Shown here: piece after piece, positions 1-5,522 of the stretch
Layout: every line of letters starts with the position of its first letter
How positions within the stretch are numbered: position 1 is the first letter of the stretch
Source of the DNA: Octopus sinensis
Lineage: Eukaryota
Length of the DNA stretch: 5,522 nt
Assembly (NCBI RefSeq): GCF_006345805.1
Contig: NW_021829968.1
Coordinates: 1 to 5,522 of the forward strand
Direction: 5' to 3'
Notes under the pieces: generated by a model
Database searches by the model: none
The model's input: the letters and a program-made list of their open reading frames with translations, nothing else
Told to the model about the DNA's origin: nothing
Program-made: the position numbers and the translations under genes

Positions 1-11
1 ATCAATATTAA

Positions 12-584
12 TTCGAACCATCCTTCAGTAATCCCCAAACACTTAATGACATCAATAAATACACATCTAGCATATTCTCTGACGAGGAATCCTTTGTTCT
101 AACTGCTCTTTATTACAATGACAAATACTAAAAAGAAAAAAACAGTGATTTTGCAGATACAATGCGTTACATATGGAATAACATTGTCATAAATGTTGAA
201 AGAGAAAATGATAGTTTATGGAGTCCAGTCCTCTCTAGAATGTAAGCTCTAGCTTTAGAATCACAAAGTTTTTTTTATTATAAATCTTACAAAGAAGTTC
301 AACCCCAAAAGGCATGGGTATTAGGAGATATCGTAAACAGAAATATCGCTAAATTGGGTAAAGGCTGCTTCAAGTATTTCACTTCTACCACAGAAGTAAT
401 GTGTAACCTTCCTAGTCTGAATACCAAATATAGAGTGGATATAGAAGAAATAAAAAAAATATATATTATGTCATATGTAAACAAGCATAAATTTGTTTTT
501 GAAGCGTTGAAATGTATTGTAGTACAAGTAGAAAGATATATTTTCCAACGCGTAAGTACTGATGGAACAGCATATGTAAGATAA
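12..584 (+). pseudogene. Decayed protein-coding frame (+3); candidate endogenous viral element from a Bunyavirales-like L (RdRp) segment
   Basis: Manual translation gives 190 codons (12-581) with only two internal stops (TAA 129-131, TAA 243-245) in AT-rich DNA, where roughly a dozen would be expected (estimate). Translation: FEPSFSNPQTLNDINKYTSSIFSDEESFVLTALYYNDKY*KEKNSDFADTMRYIWNNIVINVERENDSLWSPVLSRM*ALALESQSFFYYKSYKEVQPQKAWVLGDIVNRNIAKLGKGCFKYFTSTTEVMCNLPSLNTKYRVDIEEIKKIYIMSYVNKHKFVFEALKCIVVQVERYIFQRVSTDGTAYVR*. The blocks DTMRYIWNN, LPSLNT and KKIYIMSYVNK resemble, from memory, the RY, PS/PG and IYL..Y.N.K blocks of bunyaviral L proteins, with similar spacing. The coding-remnant call is stronger than the viral identity. 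Confidence 0.55.
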
Positions 585-756
585 AATCCTTGCAGAGCAG
601 TAATATAAATGTGATATTAATAAGATTGCAGATCGATCACGACATAATAATGTAAAATTGCTAGTGAAATAATCCTATCGAATTTTATCCCTAATTTTGT
701 GGTTATAGAACCTAGCTGTTCTTTGTAGCGTGTTGAATTCCACGAGTGGATTCCTT
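580..756 (+). pseudogene. Possible frameshifted (+1 frame) continuation of the 12-584 remnant
   Basis: After a 1-nt shift at ~579, frame +1 reads DKILAEQ*YKCDINKIADRSRHNNVKLLVK*SYRILSLILWL*NLAVLCSVLNSTSGFL. IADRSRHNN resembles the LLADTSRHNH stretch recalled from orthobunyavirus L at a comparable distance downstream of the IYL block. Three internal stops, so weak taken alone. Confidence 0.3.
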
Positions 757-879
757 ATGTGTTTAAATGTACACTGTATTATATGAATAATACATAGTCT
801 TTGGACTAAATTTTTATACGCTAGGTCACTGGAAGTGAAAATTTCTATTATATTTCCATTTCCTTTCGATATGATTAAG

Positions 880-885
880 TATATA

Positions 886-921
<36 letters not shown>

Positions 922-1282
922 AAGGTAAGATCCAAGAGATATATATGCATGCATTCACACACATACATGCATACATACCTACATACATATATACATACGT
1001 ATATATATATATATATATATACACACGTATATTATATACATGTTATATATACATGTTACATATGCATGTATATATATTATATAAATTATATATATTATAT
1101 ATATATATTATAATATATATATACATATGCATGTATATATATATTATATAAATATATTATAATATAAATATATATAACTATATAAATATATATATATTAT
1201 ATAAATATATATATATATTATATACATACATACATACATACCATCACACACACACCACACACACACACACACCACACACACC

Positions 1283-1329
<47 letters not shown>
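880..1329. repeat. Compound microsatellite: (TA)n / (TACA)n / (CA)n / (TA)15
   Basis: Seen directly: TA runs 880-919, degenerate TA/TACA 939-1240, interrupted CA 1245-1290, (TA)15 1291-1320. Confidence 0.97.
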
Positions 1330-1798
1330 GTGATCGCAATTTTGTTGGTTCACTAAATTTGAACGAAGCCACGTACATATGTGTGTTTAACTCTGGATAA
1401 TACAAAACATTTAAACGTATCCCGAAAATCTCAGCCACTTACATATTCCTACCAACTACTTGTCCAGTGATAACGATGTGCCTGGAAATAAGTCTTCCTA
1501 ATTTTAACAATTCGTTCAGTCAAGCAAAAAGCCATGTTTTGTCACGGGAATCAAAGTGAACGGCTGTTTGCAAAAATACTTCTCGTCTGCTTTTCTTCAA
1601 TTTCTCACGTAGATGTAAGAGAGAATACAATGGACGTAGAGAAGAATGTGTGTAGGACTGTGAGAGTAAAGGATTGTGAGATCGACAGTATATGTGGGAT
1701 TGTAGGACACTCATCACAGAGGTCGGTGGTTCGATTTCTCTTACCGCTGTAAGCATTCTGTCTATCTGTTAATGGTCGAAAGTTATAGCTTTCTGATA

Positions 1799-1807
1799 GT
1801 CCAGACC
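1799..1807 (+). repeat. Left TSD GTCCAGACC of SINE 1808-2197
   Basis: Identical 9-mer at 2198-2206, exactly bracketing the element. Confidence 0.85.
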
Positions 1808-2197
1808 GTGGAGGCGCAATGGCCCAGTGGTTAGGGCAGCGGACTCGCGGTCGTAGGATCGCGGTTTCGATTCCCAGACCGGGCGTTGTGAGAGTTTATT
1901 GAGCGAAAACACCTAAAAGCTCCACGAGGCCCCGGCAGGGATGGTGGTGATCCCTGCTGTACTCTTTCGCCACAACCTTATCTCACTCTTACTTCCTGTT
2001 TCTGTTGTACCTGTATTTCAAGGGGCCGGCCTTGTCACTCTCTGTGTCACGCTGAATATCCCCGAGAACTACGTTAAGGGTACACGTGTCTGTGGAGTGC
2101 TCAGCCACTTACACGTTAATTTCACGAGCAGGCTGTTCCGTTGATTCGGATCAACCGGAACCCTCATCGTCGTAACCGACGGAGTGCTTCCATCCCG
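1808..2197 (+). mobile_element. Full-length tRNA-derived SINE (resembles the octopus OR1/OR2-type, tRNA-Arg-like head) with 9-bp target-site duplication
   Basis: A box TGGCCCAGTGG 1820-1830, B-box-like GGTTTCGATTCC 1863-1874, ~390 bp length, flanked by a perfect direct repeat GTCCAGACC (1799-1807 and 2198-2206). The 3' module is shared with the inverted element at 2355-2655. The family name is from recall. Confidence 0.9.
1820..1874 (+). promoter_or_regulatory. Internal RNA Pol III type-2 promoter (A box and B box) of the SINE
   Basis: TGGCCCAGTGG fits TRGCNNARYNG. GGTTTCGATTCC is one base off GGTTCGANNCC. Spacing is tRNA-like. Confidence 0.75.
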
Positions 2198-2206
2198 GTC
2201 CAGACC
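2198..2206 (+). repeat. Right TSD GTCCAGACC of SINE 1808-2197
   Basis: Identical 9-mer at 1799-1807. Confidence 0.85.
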
Positions 2207-2354
2207 ATCTTACTACACATGTATTTCTATAGAGTAGGAACAATTCACATCACTAAGATTTTCTAATGAATGTTTCTTTAGATCTTAATGATGGATTCAG
2301 ATAATACAGCGGATAACATAGCTTACACACGTTCACGCAAGCACACATACACCT

Positions 2355-2655
2355 GGTTCACCGTCGCTGACTGTTAATACTGCCAACAGAAAAGCCAGTT
2401 CGTGCAATTAACATGCAACTCCACAGACACGCGTACCCTTAACGTAGTTCTCAGGGAGATTCAGCGTTATACGGAGAGTGTGACAAGGTTGGGCCTTTGC
2501 ATTACAGGTTCTATTCATTTTTGCCAGCTGGGTGGACTGGAGCGATGAAAAATAAAATGTTTTGTTTAAGGACGCAACACGCCACAAAGGAAAGAATCGA
2601 ACTCATGACCATCCGACAGTGGACCGAATACCATAACCACTAAGCCGCGCGCGCG
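2355..2655 (-). mobile_element. Diverged tRNA-derived SINE with CORE-like central block; shares its 3' module with SINE 1808-2197
   Basis: On the minus strand: A box CGGCTTAGTGG (2647-2637), B box GTTCGATTC (2602-2594), then GTCCTTAAACAAAACATTTT...CTCCAGTCCACCCAGCTGGCAAAAATGAATA (CORE-like, from recall), then a tail matching the first SINE (47/50 identity, 2467-2418 vs 2049-2098). Both ends are approximate; the 5' end runs into the CG/CA tract. Confidence 0.85.
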
Positions 2656-2877
2656 CACACACGCACATATACCACACACACACGCGCACATACCCACAAA
2701 CACACACGCACACATACACACGCATACACACACGCACATATACATATGCACACATACACACGCACACAGACATACATACACTCACGCACACACAAACACG
2801 CACACGCACACACACACATACATACACGCGCGTACACGCTCACACACACACACATATACACGCACACACACACACGT
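2646..2877. repeat. Degenerate (CG)/(CA)/(TA) alternating purine-pyrimidine tract
   Basis: Seen directly: starts CGCGCGCGCGC (2646-2656), then ~220 bp of CACA/CGCA/CATA units. Confidence 0.95.
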
Positions 2878-3018
2878 CCGTCAGCGATATATATATGAGT
2901 GCTTTTATGCACCACGAGTCCATGTGAGGGACCCTCTCATGGTAAATAACGCAGCATTGACTTTAAGTTGGGAATCAAGATTGCCTTTTTATCAGTATCA
3001 ATACCAAAATATCAATAC

Positions 3019-3153
3019 GGCGGCGAGCTGGCAGAATCGTTAACACGCCGGGCACGCTTAGCGGCATTTCATGTGTTTTTATGTTCTGAGTTCAAATTAC
3101 GCCGGGGTTGACTTTGCTTTTCATCGTTTCGGGGTCGATGAAATAAGGACCAA
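3019..3153 (+). mobile_element. 3'-truncated tRNA-derived SINE with a Meta/MESC-like central domain
   Basis: Head GGCGGCGAGCTGGCAGAATCG with A-box-like TGGCAGAATCG (3029-3039) and B-box-like GAGTTCAAATT (3088-3098), followed by GTTGACTTTGCTTTTCATCGTTTCGGGGTCGATGAAATAAGGACCA, which resembles the conserved GCCTTTCATCCTTTCGGGGTCGATAAA.TAAGTACCA SINE central domain (from recall). No tail or TSD is seen. Confidence 0.8.
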
Positions 3154-3623
3154 ATCAACGAGTTATTTTAGTGTAACAGAATGTCTTAAATCATCGCTGG
3201 ATTAACCATTCAGCAAAATAAACATGTGCATAGGACATCAAGGGAAGCGGGGCACACAGCAGAAATGGTAAATGGTTTACGGTGCAAAAGAAATCCCTTT
3301 AGATTTACTAAAGCAATATTCGAAGTGGTTTATATAATCGGAAATATAATCTCGATGTGGTGATCATGATGTCATAGGGAAGATCTGATCAAAGACTTTG
3401 CTATTAAAAAGAAGAGAGAGAAAACTTTTCAAATATAAAGTGGAAGTATACAAAAATAAGCATTATTTTCCATCTTTCTGTTAATTTTGTTTCATTTTGA
3501 AAAATACAAATTTATTTTATGGTTTATTATTGTTTTGAGTTACATGTATATGGAGGCACCAAAATCTTTCAAGTGCTTAGGACCCCTGTGGGTCTTAACC
3601 CGGCTCAAATCTCAAAATGATAA

Positions 3624-4041
3624 AATCTGGAATTATTATAGAAAGTGTCGAATCTTCTTTAAAATAATGAAGACTCAAAGATTCTGAGAAAAGTTGACTT
3701 TCAATTGAAAATTTTTAAAATGTACGATGGAGACAGATTTTAGATAGTTTCTACTTGGATTGAAATATTATCAGATAGGAATTCGGCTGAGAAATCCATT
3801 TGGACATTAGTCTAAGTCAGTTCTAATATTTCTAATTTGACCACATACATATGCTGACGTGGAGAGGGTATTTAGCGATAGGAATTTTATGAAATCAAAT
3901 GAGCGTAACTGTCTAAGCTTAGAAACACAAAGGGAAATTTTAAACATGAAATATGAACTCCAACGAAGTGCTAAATGTTGTTATGGTAATAAACTATCTG
4001 GTGAACTGTTGAACGAAGTTGGATTCGTGGATGCTTATAAA
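3624..4041 (+). pseudogene. Decayed hAT-superfamily transposase C-terminus including the dimerisation-domain region
   Basis: Frame +3 gives NLELL*KVSNLL and KVDFQLKIFKMYDGDRF*IVSTWIEILSDRNSAE. After a frameshift at ~3792, frame +1 gives NPFGH*SKSVLIFLI*PHTYADVERVFSDRNFMKSNERNCLSLETQREILNMKYELQRSAKCCYGNKLSGELLNEVGFVDAYK. This fits the hAT pattern FW.EV...NPF..LS...L.LPHSNA.VER.FS..N..K...RN.L....IL..K. Strongest from 3753 to 4041. Confidence 0.8.
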
Positions 4042-4107
4042 CCATTTGAAACTACTGCGGCTACATCAAAAGAATTGGTCGTGAAATCTTCGAAAATAAT
4101 AAGGAGC

Positions 4108-4152
4108 AAAAATAAAAAAAAAATAAAAAAAGAAAAGAAAAAAAGAAAACAA
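4108..4152 (+). repeat. A-rich tract
   Basis: 45-nt run of A interrupted by single T/G/C, directly 5' of the SINE head at 4153. Confidence 0.85.
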
Positions 4153-4300
4153 GTGTGGCTGTGTGGTTAGAAGTCTGCATCCCAACCACATGGTTCCAGG
4201 TTCAGTCCCACTGCGTGGCACCTTGGGTAAGTGTCTATTATACTTTCGGGCCGGCCAAAGCCTTGTGAGTGGATCTGGCAGACGGAAAGTGAAAGAAGCC

Positions 4301-4380
<80 letters not shown>

Positions 4381-4605
4381 CTGTGTGTGTGTGCCTATTC
4401 CCCATCACCGCTTGATAACCGGTGTTGGTGTGTTTACGTCCCCGTAACTGAACAGTTCGGCAAAACAGACCCGATAGAGTGAGTCCTAAGCTTTAAAAAA
4501 CAAAATTAAGTCATGGGACCGATTTGTTTGACTAAAATCCGGCAAGGCGGTGCTCCAGACTGGCCGCAGTCAAATGACTGAAACAAGTAAAAAAATGAAA
4601 GAATA
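4153..4605 (+). mobile_element. tRNA-derived SINE with an internal compound microsatellite, nested in the hAT remnant
   Basis: A box TGGCTGTGTGG 4156-4166, B box GGTTCAGTCCC 4199-4209, CORE-like CACCTTGGGTAAGTGTCT 4219-4236, internal TC/TA/TG repeat, body ending GGCGGTGCTCCAGACTGGCCGCAGTCAAATGACTGAAACAAGTAAAA, then an A-rich AAAGAATA tail. Matches a very common octopus SINE layout (from recall). Confidence 0.85.
4304..4393. repeat. Compound microsatellite (TC)14(TA)9(TG)13 plus a short TG run
   Basis: Counted directly: TC 4304-4331, TA 4332-4349, TG 4350-4375, then TATATC and TG to 4393. Confidence 0.97.
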
Positions 4606-4739
4606 TGTATTTCATTCTGATATAATGAGCATTGAAGTTTTTAATTAAAATTTTTTGATATTCATACCATTTTTTACGTAATTTATTATTTTTTTGCTCA
4701 GGTGTTTGTTTTGTTCCTTTTCATTTTTATTTCATGTTT

Positions 4740-4794
4740 TAGTGCTTTTTAGGTATTGAAATAGTACTTTTAAAATTTTGAATTGACAACCTTA
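4740..4794 (+). mobile_element. Probable right end of the hAT element: subterminal repeats and terminal inverted repeat
   Basis: TTGACAACCTTA at 4783-4794 (reverse complement TAAGGTTGTCAA) is two mismatches from the TAGGGTTGCCAA-type hAT terminus (from recall). It is preceded by TAGTGCTTTT (4740-4749) and TAGTACTTTT (4762-4771) and by a T-rich subterminal region, lies downstream of the transposase in the expected orientation, and composition changes abruptly after 4794. No partner TIR was found in the window. Confidence 0.55.
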
Positions 4795-4878
4795 CACATA
4801 CACACATACACTGTGGTCTTTCCACCCCGTTTTCAATCTCCACTGCCCTCACCCTTACAAAGAAACACTGCTTCCCTA

Positions 4879-5139
4879 CATAACTCTTGAAGTCGCTTCA
4901 TATTTTGGCCATTCGCTTTATATTGTGTCTCCAAGGCATCGAAAGTATTTTATTTCGTTAAGCCACTGTGAGACGACATCAGATTTAGTGACATTACATT
5001 GTCGTTGAGCGTTTCCTTCAAATCCATCTGTAGCTTCCAGGCATTCACACAAAACACAAGTCTGGGTTTTGGGTTCGCCTTTGATGACATTTCTGTGTGG
5101 CGCCCATCCTTGAGGACTTGTGGAGCGCAACAAACTCTG
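4879..5139 (-). mobile_element. Decayed non-LTR retrotransposon (RTE-like LINE) ORF2 fragment, end of the RT domain
   Basis: The minus frame reads QSLLRSTSPQGWAPHRNVIKGEPKTQTCVLCECLEATDG...SQWLNEIKYFRCLGDTI*SEWPKYEATSRVM. WLNEIKYFRCLGDTI resembles the LEEVD.F.YLGD.I block. GW..HRN.IKG...CEC resembles the eroded W.HKRC.GIKG...C..C Cys/His insert recalled from invertebrate RTE elements. Confidence 0.55.
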
Positions 5140-5347
5140 TGTGCATGTGTGTATGTGTGTGTGTGTGTGTGCTTGTGTGTGTGTTTGTGTGTGTGTGGCT
5201 GTGTGTATGATTGCGTGTCATCGATTGTGCGTATGTGTTTGTGTGCGATTGTCTGCGCGTATGATCGTGTATGTGTGTGCGCGTGTGTATTTGTGAGTGG
5301 ATGTATATGTGTGTGTACGCTTGTGTGGTGTATGACTGGGTATATGT
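5138..5347. repeat. Degenerate (TG)n tract
   Basis: Seen directly: TG/TGTA/TGCG units over ~210 bp. Confidence 0.95.
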
Positions 5348-5349
5348 CC

Positions 5350-5522
5350 AGAAGTGAGAATGCTGCAGATAAGGAGGAGGGGACGGGTGGAGGTAATGTC
5401 AATGGTGAAAATGAGCAAATGGAGAAAATGGGGAAGAGAGCGAGAGGGAGAGGGGGAGAGATACAGAGATACAGAGAGACAGAGAGACAGAGAGAGGGAA
5501 GAGAGACAAAGGTAGACAGAGA
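5350..5522. repeat. Purine-rich low-complexity tract ending in GA repeats, with (GAGAKACA)-type 8-mer x4 at 5458-5489
   Basis: Seen directly: GAGATACA x2 followed by GAGAGACA x2; runs off the window edge. Confidence 0.85.

Noticed and set aside
157-241. 85-nt candidate exon flanked by TTTTGCAG and GTAAGC; the two in-frame stops fall just outside it
   Set aside because: The acceptor is preceded by an A-run rather than a pyrimidine tract. The same frame stays coding-like on both sides. Joining to the best downstream acceptor (CAG 391-393, donor GTAAGT 552) is out of phase and hits a stop. Kept only as the alternative to the EVE model.
920-938. Non-repeat island GTAAGGTAAGATCCAAGAG with two donor-like sites inside the TA tract
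   Set aside because: No upstream exon is supported; more likely residual flank between two expanded repeats.
675-1438. ORFs 675-968, 835-1113, 945-1151 and 1244-1438
   Set aside because: Open mainly because TA/CA repeats lack stops; the products are YI/HT/CV runs.
1430-1443. Exact 14-mer CTCAGCCACTTACA also at 2100-2113, overlapping the segment deleted from the minus-strand SINE
   Set aside because: Similarity does not extend either way, and one 14-mer match in 5.5 kb has a few-percent chance probability (rough estimate).
1700-1740. B-box-like GGTTCGATTTC at 1728-1738 in a tRNA-like context
   Set aside because: No A box at suitable spacing and no SINE body follows; possibly a very old fragment but not supportable.
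1813-1885. tRNA gene calls for the SINE heads (also 2590-2655, 3019-3100 and 4153-4215)
   Set aside because: A and B boxes are present, but there is no complete acceptor stem or cloverleaf and no oligo-T terminator, and each continues into a SINE body.
1941-2144. 67-aa ORF
   Set aside because: Lies wholly within a non-coding SINE body.
2341-2720. Possible TSDs for the other three SINEs (GCACACATACAC at 2341 and 2708; ATCAA at 3011 and 3154; A-rich flanks at 4138 and 4589)
   Set aside because: Low-complexity, too short or not adjacent to the element ends.
2566-2915. ORFs 2566-2781, 2603-2827 and 2640-2915 (Cys/Val-rich)
   Set aside because: Translations of the CA/CG tract and the SINE head; not metallothionein-like genes.
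2920-2942. Imperfect palindrome CCATGTGAGG-GAC-CCTCTCATGG
   Set aside because: Single 10-bp stem with one mismatch; no CTRR Helitron end, U-tract or associated element.
4042-4482. Poly-Lys tail of ORF 3859-4170, plus ORFs 4163-4447 and 4231-4482
   Set aside because: Read-through into the A-rich tract, SINE and microsatellite; only the part up to ~4041 is transposase-like.
4950-5418. ORFs 4950-5402 (150 aa) and 5218-5418 (His/Thr-rich)
   Set aside because: Driven by the TG tract; the LINE-like signal is in a different frame (4918-5133).
1-5522. CRISPR array or prokaryotic operon features
   Set aside because: No regularly spaced direct repeats with unique spacers; the content is eukaryotic repeat DNA.

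Overview
Eukaryotic, repeat-dense, non-genic DNA with no supportable intact host gene. The SINE families and the density of microsatellites point to a coleoid cephalopod (Octopus-like); this is recognition from memory, not a database result. From left to right: (1) a decayed, stop-poor reading frame at 12-584 (+3) that the ORF track mostly misses, whose translation resembles the core-lobe region of a Bunyavirales-type L polymerase, i.e. a candidate non-retroviral endogenous viral element; (2) TA/CA microsatellites; (3) four tRNA-headed SINEs, two of which (1808-2197 + and ~2355-2655 -) sit tail-to-tail and share a complementary 3' module; (4) a decayed hAT-type DNA transposon (transposase C-terminus ~3624-4041, probable right TIR 4783-4794) with a SINE nested inside it; (5) a minus-strand RTE-like LINE RT remnant (~4879-5139); (6) TG- and GA-rich simple repeats. 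Most ORFs in the supplied track are microsatellite or SINE artefacts. All protein family calls are by-eye motif recognition and need a homology search.
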